DNA of 63,638 nucleotides, counting the filler, from Kipferlia bialata (taxonomy: Eukaryota), in assembly GCA_003568945.1 (NCBI GenBank). It is 3 parts of 3 records of this genome, joined end to end, with 100 filler letters (N's around TTAATTAATTAA, not from the genome) between each part and the next. Parts side by side here need not be neighbours in the genome. Positions count along the whole stretch, not along the records: positions 24,746 to 53,485 come from BDIP01000145.1; positions 53,586 to 63,638 come from BDIP01000161.1; 1 more part is not named here. One strand, 5' to 3'. Both the position numbers and the translations under genes were made by a program. Shown here in pieces: positions 49,897-61,100 of the stretch. The stretch's first letter is position 1; every line of letters begins with the position of its first letter. The notes beneath the pieces were generated by a model. It searched no databases. It was not told where the DNA came from and worked only from the letters and a program-made list of their open reading frames with translations.

Positions 49897-52800
49897 CAAT
49901 CTCTCTCTCTATATATGTCTCTCTTACCCCTAGCATACATCGACACCGTGGCCCAGTCTGGCAAGAACTACCTGCTCATGCGGAGGAAGCCCAGGTAACA
50001 TCACTCTTACATGTGTATGTTATTATATGTACATGTATGCATATATAGAATACCCTTAACCATTAGGCAGCACAAGACGCCTCCCTCCACCGCTGCCCAT
50101 GACTCTGTCCTGGAGGCACAGAGGCAGACGCAGGCTGCCATGGAGCTAGGTACACTATAAGGATTATACATAACCTCTCTATTGATAGATATGTATATGC
50201 ATGTATGTATATGTATATCCATACACTGCTCACCCCCCCAGTTGCAGCTGAGGCACACCGTACCAAGGGCAAGCACTCAGACGCACAGCCAGAGGGTATG
50301 TGTCATATACATTAGCCATATATATATAGTATATACGATATCTTGTATGGACTCTAGCACTCGGACGCACAGCCAGAGAGTGAGGGTAATCAGAGTATTC
50401 CATTCCATTGGCAGCTCATATTGACTCTCTATTACCCCGTGCTCTGTCCCCGATAGGTTCTATACTACATGTCTGCCAGAAACGTATATATGTACTTATA
50501 CGTTGAGTTAATACCACTCACCCCAGGCGCTGTCCCCGATGGCTCCTCCCTCCCCCCTGTCATTGTCAACAGACTCAGCATGGAGTTCATGAGGTTCCCA
50601 TCAATGAAGAGGTATGTGATGTATACATTATTATCCACATATGTATGAATATACATCAATCCCTCACCCCAGGTTCCCAGCCGTTGACGACGTCTCTTTC
50701 TCCGTGCCCAACGGTGCAATCTTTGCTCTGCTCGGTACGGTACCGGAATATTAGTCTTTGCTCTTCTTCATTACCTCCTGACCCCAGGCCCCAATGAGAC
50801 TGGCAAGACCACACATTGTCTCTCTCTTTCTCTTTTCATACACGTGCATATACTGTTTTGCTCTCTTCAGCCTCACCCCAGGCCCCAATGGCGCTGGCAA
50901 GACCACCACCCTCAACTGCATCATAGGCAACTACACACCCACACACGGCAGCACACTCGTGCTCGGGAAGCCCATCCATGAAGTCAGGTACCATACATAT
51001 TATTATTTGCCTACACAAGTATAGTAAATATTGCCTCTATTCATTTATACATAAACATACCTTGTACTCACCCCCAGGGACCGTGTAGGCCTTGTCCCCC
51101 AGTTCGATGTGGTTTGGGACAAGCTGACTGCCAGGGAGCACGTGCAGCTGTTCGCAAGGATCAAGGTATACTATACTCTCCTTCTCTACCTCTCACTCTC
51201 CCTATCCCTCTCCCTCCCCCTCTAACCCCAGGGTGTTGCTGAGGATGGAGTGGATGCCCTCGAGGCCCAGATCCTAGGTACTGACCCCCCATTATATACT
51301 TATATACTTATATACTGTTTCCGTTCTTCTATAATATGCCTTGTACTATCATGCCCTGACCCCCAGACGACATGGCCCTCACCCATGTGACCAATGCACT
51401 GGTCGGTACATTCAGCGGTGGAATGCGGAGAAGGTACTCTTCAGTGAGTGATGTATATTGTATTTTTATAGTATAATTCTTATATATATATATGTCGGTA
51501 CATTCGGTGGTGGAATGAGGAGAAGGTGGGTATAAGTGATTTACCCACTCCCTATATATGTATATACTTGATATATGCATATGTTATGATACCCCCCCTC
51601 TCCCTCACTGCAGACTGAGCATCGGCCTCTCCCTCATTGGTGAGCCCAACGTCGTGTTCCTGGACGAGGTACGTGCATATATATTTTCCGTTTCCTCTAT
51701 ATCCCACAGTCTAGTACTCTTTACCAGTTGGTGATATGTATTTTCTTAGTAGTTGTGTCCTTACCCCCAGCCCACCACTGGTGTGGACCCCAAGAACAGA
51801 AGGGTGGTGTGGGAGGCCCTCAAGAGATACAGCAAGAACAAGACACTCATCCTGACCACCCACTCGGTACGGACAACTCTCTCTCTGATAGAGTAGACGT
51901 CTTCTTCTCCACAATCTCGCATACTCTCTTTTATTCTCTCCCTCTATGTACATCGATATATCCCCCACTCTAACCGTGCAGATGGAGGAGGCAGACACCC
52001 TAGGCGACATCACCTTACTTTCTCTCTCTCTCTCCCTCCCTCTATACATATATATGTGTGTATACATCGCCATCTAACCCTGCAGATGGAGGAGGCTGAC
52101 ACCCTGGGCGACATCATTGCCATTGTGGGTGCTGGCAAGATGCAGACAGTGGGGCCATCACTCGCCCTCAAGGTATACTGCCCGTATATTCCGGCCATAT
52201 TCCAACTACTAGTATCACCTGGTATATACATAGAATACTCCTTATCCCCAGGCCGAGTTTGGCTCTGGCTATGCCATCAGACTGTCAGTCGAGGCAGGCA
52301 CCGACGTCAACACACTCGTCACAGCATTCCAGGCAGTGTGCCCAAGGTGGGTGGATCTCTCTCTCTCTCCCTCTCTCTCTCTCTTCCTCTCTCCCTCTCT
52401 CTCTTACCCTCAGGGCCACCCTCACTGACCTCTACACAGACAGGGACAGCGGCAGGATCAGCGCTACCATTAGGTATATTGGACCCCTAATTCCACTATC
52501 TAGTCCACTACTATCATCTCTGTGTTGATGTCTGTGTATTACTGTGTGTTACCCTCACACCCCAGACTGGCCAGGGAGGAGACAGAGCTGCTCCCCGCTG
52601 TGCTCGACCTCCTAGGTGTGTGTCTCTCTCTCCCACAGTCTCTCCCTCCTCTCTTGCTGGCTGTCTCTTTTGAAATGTCATGTATCCCTTACCCCCAGAG
52701 ACTAGGTCTGGCGAGCTGGGCATCCTCGACTACTTTGTCACACTCGACACCCTCGAGGACGTGTTCCTCAGAATCGCAGACGCCGTGACAAGGTATAGTG

Positions 52801-52999
52801 TATATATACACTATTATAATATATATATATTGTCTATTATGTATGTAAGTTGCATACATTCCACTCTAATAGTGAGTCATATATATCCCCCTCACCCCTC
52901 AGGGACGTTGACGGCAAGTGCATCTTTAAGCAGGACGCCAGTGGAAACTACACGATGTCCTCCAAGGCCCTACTCGGCAAGGGAGTGAGCGACGAGTAG
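47515..52999 (+). CDS. ABCA-family half transporter (TM1 and exoplasmic part apparently missing at poly-C 48069-48105)
   Basis: VAREREHGHRRSLQ|ILGMKTSAYW, Walker [70 protein letters not shown]. Stop at 52997-52999. Confidence 0.9.
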
Positions 53000-53320
53000 A
53001 TACCGTCAGTTATAGAGTGCCCTTTTTCGGGCAATGGGTCTCCCCCAGTGAGTGGGGTGTTTTGTGATAGAGTGTCAAGTGTTGTGTGAACCGATTACCA
53101 TGACTAGAATATATCAGAGAGTTTAGGAATGTGTTGGGTGTTGTCCTTACTGGGATCGAGTGCTGTGTTTCTTCATATATATCAATTCAATGTTTCTTCC
53201 TTCTCCTCATGAACACACTAAATACAGAAAGAATCTATTTGCTACTGTATATCCTGCACAGTGTGCTTAGGACATGTCTATCCACATGTGTGGCCTCTAC
53301 TATACTAATCTAGATACCAT

Positions 53321-53396
53321 CTACTCTGTCTTGAGCACCCACTTGTGTGTGAACACACAGTCGGCCAGGTTGTGGAAGATGGCTCCCACGGGGCAC
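53321..53396 (-). CDS. Terminal exon of a gap-truncated gene, possibly the end of a 4Fe-4S ferredoxin-like domain
   Basis: CTGACTGCCAG acceptor; the phase-2 frame reads CPVGAIFHNLADCVFTHKWVLKTE*. The frame cannot be confirmed. Confidence 0.35.
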
Positions 53397-53485
53397 CTGG
53401 CAGTCAGAGAGAGGGTACACATAGGAAGAGAAGAGCATGACACATGGGGGGGGGGGGGGGGGGGGTGTTTTTTTTAAAAGGGGCA

Positions 53486-53585
53486 NNNNNNNNNNNNNNN
53501 NNNNNNNNNNNNNNNNNNNNNNNNNNNNNTTAATTAATTAANNNNNNNNNNNNNNNNNNNNNNNNNNNNNNNNNNNNNNNNNNNN
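53486..53585. other. Artificial contig spacer (44 N + TTAATTAATTAA + 44 N)
   Basis: Same 100-nt linker as at 24646. Confidence 0.97.
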
Positions 53586-53592
53586 GTGGTGT

Positions 53593-53635
<43 letters not shown>

Positions 53636-53681
53636 TACTATACATATGCACCCATTGAAGAGTACCACTACAGAGACCCAC

Positions 53682-55307
53682 CTGAGGCCTGTGATCCTCT
53701 TCTGGTCCCTGGCAGTGCTGGCCTTGTACCCCTCCAGCTCCAGCTCGGCACTCTTGATCTGGGCCCCCATCCGCTGCTTCTCCTCCTCCATGTGCCGCCG
53801 CTCGTTCATCAGCATCTCGGCCTTCTTCTCAGCTGCCTGGGCATTGCGCCTCGCCTGGGGTCAGAAGAGAAGACATGAGAGGACAGGAAGGACTAGTAGA
53901 TAGCCAGGTCAGCGGTGATATGTCTATACCCATACCTTTGTGATGTCCTTCTTGGCAGCCACCAGCTCGGCCTCTCTCTCCCTCACCAGCTGTGCCTTCT
54001 CCTCAACCTGGGCCTTGAGCCCGTCGTTCTGCCTCTTCCGGTCACTCAGGTCCCTAGCCTGCCTCAGGAACCTCTCATGGCTGGCCTCGGCCTGCTTGGC
54101 GGCCCTGGAGTGGCTCTCTGTCTCAGACCTCAGCCTCGACTCCACAGCTGTCAGGTTGTCCTCAGAGGCCTTGATGCGGGTCTGGAGGTCGGCGTTGCCC
54201 TTCTCAAGGGCCACAGCGTGGGACCTGGCCTGCTCGAGCTCCAGCTCCAGTCTCTCACGACGACGGTGCTCCCTGACAGTGAGATATGAGAGTGAGAGAG
54301 AAGAGAGGTGGTGTGCACATATAGTCATATGATCAAGCGAATTCACGCACAGAAACAGTATACACAACACTTGGAGCAGTCTCAATAGCACAATCGGCCC
54401 CTACCTGAGTCCCTCTGCCCTCTCCTGGGCTGCGAGGTCCTTGAGGGCACGCAGGCGGTGCTCGGCACCAAGCTTGGCGCTCTCCATCTCTCTGGGGTAA
54501 GACGGCTACATACAGATGTACACATACATCGGGAGAGAGCAGCAAGATAGAGGAGAGATGCAAAAGAAATAGTGTGAATATTCAATAATTCTGGGCAACA
54601 GTGTATATATGTATCATATATATATGTGTGTAGTGTATATATACCTGATCCTCTCAAAGAGATCGGCCATCTCCTTGCGCAGAGACTCAATCCTACCGGC
54701 CTGTGTCTCTCTCTCCCTCTCGAAGGCCTCCTTGCTCTGAATCAGCTCCTGCATAGCAACCTCATCCTTGCTAGACACCACAGGGCCCTCCGTGATACGC
54801 TCACGCAGAGAGTCACACTCTGCCTCAATCTGGGTCACCTTCTCTGCGGAGAGAGCCTCCCTCTCCTTAGCAGAATCCACAGCAGCCCATGCACGCTCAA
54901 TCTCTGCTCTCAGACCAGAGATGGTGGCTTGGTCCTCCTGGGACAACTGCAGCGCAGCCTTAATCTTGGCTGAGTTGGAAGCAATCTCGGATGCAAGCTC
55001 CTGCACCCGCTTGATCAGACGGCGCTCATTCTCATGGCTCTTGCGCAGGGCACGGTGAAGCTTCTCATACTCAATTCTGAACCTCTCCAGACTCTTATCA
55101 CCCACGAGTTCAGCTAGAACCTGGGGATAAACACAACGAAGGACAATCACTCAAATAATGTATCACAAGAAGAGGTCTTTATAAGCACAGTACCTCATGA
55201 AAGTCCCTTTCGATGGAGTCCAAGGTCCCCTGCTCAAACTGAGCAATGCCTTCCTCCTTCTCCTCTTCCTCAGGCCCTTTTGGGTCCTCAGGACCAGGAT
55301 CCGACAT
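53682..55307 (-). CDS. CFAP58: Cilia- and flagella-associated protein 58 (CCDC147), 3'-partial
   Basis: SIERDFHE|VLAELVGDKSLERFRIEYEKLHRALRKSHENERRLIKRVQELASEI...AKIKAALQLSQEDQATISGLRAEIERAW is the characteristic CFAP58 N-terminus, followed by coiled-coil exons. Confidence 0.92.
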
Positions 55308-55504
55308 ATTCACGGTGCAGCAGAGGGCAAACAGCCACCAAACTACCTAAAAGGAGCTGCACAGCGACTGCCATTTTCATTCTCAGTTTTTTATTGCGAC
55401 TGCCTCGAATATTTGAATAGCTCTGACAAAAATCTTGAAGGGTGGCTTGAGGGTCTAGTCTAAACTCAATGAATGACCTCGACACGTTCCAACAGTCACT
55501 AGAA

Positions 55505-56607
55505 ATGACAAGTGTATTCCTATACTGGCCCAACCTCATTGGTAAGAGCGAATATGGTCATTGTGGAGTGTGTCCAGTAGTGTCAGAGTCGAAATACAAA
55601 AGTTCTACAGTTCCACTATATATGTCATTCCCATTGTGTCCCCTGACTCGCATTCATATTCAGGGTTCACACGAATCATACTGGCGCTAATTGCCTTCAC
55701 GAAGCCATACACACATCCAATCCGTCTGTTCTGCTGCTACACCGTGTCCTTCATCCTGGATGCCTTTGACGGTCTCTTGGCCAGGAGGTGCAACCAGTGC
55801 ACGGCACTAGGTAGGGAGGGGGGAGTGTTAGGGGGCGAGTCAGTCTGTGTGCTGGCATCGCTACTGCGAGTCAGAACACTAACTTCATTGTCTCACCCAT
55901 AGGAGCTGTGCTTGATATGGTCACAGACAGGGCCGGAACTACTGCTGTATGTGCCCTTCTGGTGCACATGATCCCTAACTGGACAGGTACAGTTATAGTT
56001 AAGTGACCCCTCCCCCCTCCCCCCTCCCACTCACGTCCACACTCCTCACTTCTAGGTCTCTGGATCTTCCTCATCTTCCTCGACCTCCTTAGTCACTGGA
56101 TGGCCATGTATGCCAGGTACAGGGTGCCTCACACACATCCAAATGATACATATAGACAAACATATTGATGTCATACCCCCCTCCCCCCCCCCCAACCCTA
56201 CCACAGCGTGTCCCTTGGTGAGCAGTCCCACAAGGACGTGTCGGGCAAGCCCTTCCTGGTGCGTGTCTACTACCAGAACAAGGTGTTCCTCGGCACCGTC
56301 TGCACCTTCTACGAGGGTGCTCTCTTCTTCCTCCTCATGACCACCCTCTCCTATGGGTGGGTGCAGACATTCCTCAGGGTCTGGGCATACGTATTCTCAC
56401 CAGGTGGGTCTCTCTTCACTCTCTATCTCTTCATGATTGTCTTCCACCCCACCCCCCACCCCAGGTGCTGTCTTCAAGGCCCTTGTCTCTGTGTACCAGC
56501 TGGTGGATGCCATGCAGAAGCTGGCTGCCCTCGAGACTGCCGCAAAGACCGAGATCCATGCCAGCCAGAAGGTGGCCTCCAGGAAGCTCAAGACAAAGGA
56601 GACGTGA
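55505..56607 (+). CDS. PIS1: CDP-diacylglycerol-inositol 3-phosphatidyltransferase (phosphatidylinositol synthase)
   Basis: VFLYWPNLI|GFTRIIL...SFILDAFDGLLARRCNQCTAL|GAVLDMVTDR (CDP-alcohol phosphotransferase motif), LDLLSHW, SHK, YYQNK. Six exons. Confidence 0.93.
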
Positions 56608-56739
56608 GGCAGATAGAGACGTGTACACTTGGGGTAGTCACTCAGTGCGACATTCTACACGATATGGGATATATTAATTGCAAGCTGCAGAACACAAACA
56701 CATACAACACATATTACGTATTGAGAACGATCTATGGTA

Positions 56740-57959
56740 CTACCGCCTGGACCGATAGCTGTCTCTCCTGTCAGGAGATCTATCCCTCCTGTCAGGAGAT
56801 CTATCCCTCCTGTCAGGAGATCTATCCCTTCTGTATGGAGACCTGTCTCTTCTGTCCGGAGACCTGTCCCTCCTGTACCCACTCTCTCTGGGGGGTGACC
56901 TGGGTGACCTAGAGTGGGGGTAGGGCGCAGACCGACGCTCCCTCTCCCCCTCAATCCCAGTGTCCCTGGAGCGCCTGTCTCTCTCAGTTGGGGGTGATAT
57001 ATCCCTGTGTCTGCTCCGTCTCTCCCTGTGCCTGCTACTTCTGTCACTGCCTCTCTCTCTCTCTCTGTCCTCCCCCCTGTGGCTGCTCCTGTGTCTCCTG
57101 TGCCTGTGTCTCCTCTTCGACACCCCCCCATCCACACCCTCCACCTTGGCGGCACTGCCTCTGTCCCTCCCACTGGCACGGGAGGATCCACCGGAGGCCA
57201 CCTTCACTCCCTTGGTGTTCCCCTCCCTGATGCACCCATTCAGCATGAACTCCTCTCCTCCCTCAAACTGGGTCTCTCCCTGCAGTTAGACGATAGTGGC
57301 GTACTCATAACACCAACATGAATCAGATAATGTTATGCTGAGCATAAACAGTGGTAGTGATACCAATGAATCACACATACCTTGGCGAAATCAATGGCCC
57401 CAACACGCCGGACCTCCCTGCCACCTGGCTTGACATCGTCGGCATCAAAGCCAAGACCCCTGGGAGTGAGGGATACTCAGTACTCATACAGGCAGTATGA
57501 GAATATGACAAAAAGCTACACATAATAGAGAATAGACTACTAATACCTGAGGTTGTCAAGGTCTGCTCCCAGGGCCTCCCGCACATCCTCAGGAGGCTGG
57601 TATGGTTTAGGCTGCTCGTTGAGGGCCACATCCTTTCCATCACTGGATCGCAGGGAAGCAAAGCCCCCCGTCAGGGCCTTGGCTCTGAGCTCTGCCTCTG
57701 CTCTCTGGATTTCATTCATGGACACACTTCTGATGGGCTTCAGCTCCTCCTCGGTCAGCCGACGGTGCCCCCTCTTGCCCCTGGACACCACCTGCCCCTG
57801 CTGGTACCAGGCTGGGTTGGTGTACATGGCATTGCCCAGGTAGTACTCGACCTCCTCCTTGCCGGCAATCTCTGACCAGGCCAGGGACCGCTTGCCGGTC
57901 TTCCGGGAGGCCTGGCCCACCTCGCCATTGTCATGCTTGTCCCTGAACTCCTCCGTCAT
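56740..57959 (-). CDS. MMTAG2/C1orf35-like protein with an RS/RD-rich tail
   Basis: LAWSEIAGKEEVEYYLGNAM...WYQQG and MNEIQRAEAELRAKAL resemble the MMTAG domain (fnWedVk.dk.renYLG.s; e...ireaEeeal..aLG). The tail has RRDRSP repeats. Confidence 0.6.
56765..56876 (-). repeat. 21-bp coding tandem repeat (~5 copies) encoding RRDRSP[D/Y]
   Basis: Unit CTCCTGTCAGGAGATCTATCC seen directly on the + strand. Confidence 0.95.
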
Positions 57960-58168
57960 TGAGGAGGTACAGTGAAGACGCAGACGCAGACGCATGGCTG
58001 CTGGGCTAGTTTAATCTTAACAGGTTTAAGTTTCTTCTAAAAACTGCCTCGTCAAAACTTAGCAAAGTTGTCAACTCCTCCACATTTGAACTGCTCTTCT
58101 ATTCTCACTGAAGAGAGACATACACGGTGACAGCCCGTGCTCTCTGCGGCGTGCCTATCAGTGAGACC

Positions 58169-61100
58169 ATGGGGGACGCTCGGACTGCCCTTCTGGATGT
58201 TGGGTTCAGCATAGAGGCCGAGTGCACTGCGCTGTGTCTGCATCACTCTAGACCCTTGGTATACCTGGCCAATGGGGCCCAGGTGTATGAGTACTCTCTG
58301 GCTACGGGAAGACGGGTGGCCCTGCCCTGCCCTGCCCCAGCGAGGGTGCTCCAGATAGTGTCTGCAGCGCCAGAGTTAGTGTATACCCTGGTCGAGACTG
58401 GGGATGTGCATGTTATTGATGCATTGACTGGTATGTACTCTGTCTATCCTCTCTCTCCCTTTATGTCTCCATCTCACTCTAGGACAGGTAGTAGGGGGTG
58501 TTAGCGGGGTATTTGCCTCCACCCATCTTCGGAGGAGGGCCTTTAGTTTCGCCCGCATCCTTCCCCACCCTCGCCCCACCCCTGGTGACCACCTGGGACT
58601 CTTCCTGTGTGCTCCCCAGGTAGCCACTGATATATGTGTGTATATGTATTCTGCATAGATGTATATGTTACCATGTGGTTTTAGTGTAACCATTGGAGGG
58701 TTGACTAGGTCTTCTTCTGTCAATCAATGTGTATATACTCTCTGTGTCTCTCTGTGTCTTACCCCTAGGGAGGGGAGAGCCTGCGTGTCTTCACAATCTC
58801 TAGGTCGGCAGAGGAAGGGACAGGCGTGGCAGAGAGAGAGGGTGTCTCCACATGCCACAAGTACAAGGTGTGTATTAGTTACTAGGCCTAGTACCACTTT
58901 GATACACATATGTAATACTTTATATATATACGTGTGTGTGTATATATAAGTACTCCCACTACATACCACAAGTATATATAAGGTACCCACTCGGTGCTCA
59001 TACTATACATACCACAGACACTGGTACCGACACTGACACCAGATTCCAACTGAGAGCCCTATTGTGGCAGCCTCTGTGTCTGACAGCTATGGCACCAGTG
59101 GCAGTGTGGTGGTGGTGACCAGGGATGGGTGTATCAGTGTGTACAAGAGTGGGGGGAGTGACACCAAGCATTCCCCACTTGACATGGGGGTGCCTCTGAG
59201 GCTGAAGGGAGTGACTGTGGCATCACACGTATCGTCCACTCCACTGGGAGATGCCCTGGTACTTCTTGGCACTGACAGTGGGGTGCTTGTGCCTCTCACC
59301 CTCACCCTCTCACCCCCTTCTGCTGCGCTCCACTCCCCTGTTCGGGTGGGGGTCCAGAATGCAGCCTCCCTTCCGAGTGCCGTTGTCAACATAGATGCCC
59401 AACCAATGGCTAACAGTGGCAGCAACTCCTGCCTCATAGGCCTATCCTGTGGCCAGGTGTACCAGTACTCCCATGGCGGCCCAGCCCCGTCTCTGGTCAA
59501 CTCCCTACCCCCCACCTCCCTAGGGGGCCACCCCCACCTCACCCTCACCCTGGGCGGGTGTGTGGCCGGGGCCTCCCTAGGGTGCAGGCTCACTGATGGA
59601 CTCCTCCCCGTGCCCCCAGGTTTGTCCCTCCCCCCACCCTCCCCAGGCCTCGTCCCAACCACTCCCCAGCTCCCATCATCCGTGCTCCGTGTTGCCCTCC
59701 CTGCCGCTGAGTCTGGTCTCCCCATGGAAGGGGACAGTGTGTGTCAGCTGAGGGCAGACCGCAACTCCGCCCCCACCATCCATCCCCTCTGCCCCAGTGT
59801 GCCCCCTCCCCTGGAGACAGAGAGCACTAACACAGTGGCAGAGTGCCTGGCCACAGTACTGCCAGTAGGTATGGGGGACAGAGACATGTAGCCATGTATA
59901 CGCAGTGTCTACTCCTGTGTTTGTGTGTATCGGTGTTCACCCCAGGGGATGCCCTTCTGTGCTGCTGGCACCCCACCCATGGGGCCCTCTACCTCTCCCT
60001 CCACACTCACAGGAGCATCGACGCCCTCAAGGCCCTCCCATTGGGTGTGGATAAGAGCGGTGCCCCCAGCGAGGCCTGGGCCATTGGGGGAGGGGGCCTA
60101 GGGGTGGCCTCTGCCATTGTGGCCACCACAGATAGTGTGACACTGCTGGAGAGGCAGGGGACGTCCCTGCTGCAGAGGAAGAGTAGAGATGTGGGTGGCA
60201 TTGGCACCATCTCTGGTCACACCCTGGCAGCAGTAGGAGGGGACAAGGGGGCGTGTGTGGTGGTGGAAGGGGGGATAGCCGTGGTCCCCTTTGCCCCAGC
60301 CCTCCAGATCCGGACCCTCACTCTCCCGCAGACCCCCTCTGCCATCACATCATACCAGTGGCAGGAGGGAGAGAAGGAGAGGGAGAGAGAGCAGGGCAGA
60401 ATGGTGTGCGACAGGGTGTGCTGTCTATGTGGTGACAGGCTTGTGCTGATAGACATACTCGATGCAGATATGGCGCCTGTCGTGGTGCTGTGTGTGTCAC
60501 TGGCCGCAGCCCAACCCTCCCCCTCCCACCCCTCTCCCCCCCTCGCCCCCTACCCCCGGAGTGTCTCCTTCCTATCCCACGGTGTTGTCCTCGTATCCAC
60601 CCAGGCATCCCTCCTCACAGTGTCAGAGTCCGGCTCCGTCAGTGCCGTGTGCCCCTTACCTCACCTGGGTGCATGTCTCACTGCCACCCCGCACTGTACA
60701 CTGCTGCCCCCCTTGGCGTCTGCTGCACCCATATCCCCATCATCCCTCGTCTCCCTAGCCGCGTGTGTGTCTGCTGACTCCGACCCACTTTCAGCAGCCA
60801 GACACGCCAGCACCCTCCCCTCCCAGCCCTATGCCGCCCTGGGAATGTCCCATCTGCTGAGGTCTGTCAACACCACCCTGGGCACAGAGGACTGGCCCAC
60901 CCTGGTCGCAGCTCTCAAGGCTGTTAGGGTGTCACTCTCCATGGCCAATGACCCCCTCTTCCCCCTGGCCGCTGCTGGTACCAGTGACCGAAGGGGCACC
61001 GCCTGTCTTGGGGTCTGGCAGGGACTAGGTGTGTATACATAGTGTATAGTGCATGTGTAGTGTCCATGTGGGTTATATGTAGTGTATGTACCTGTGTCTA

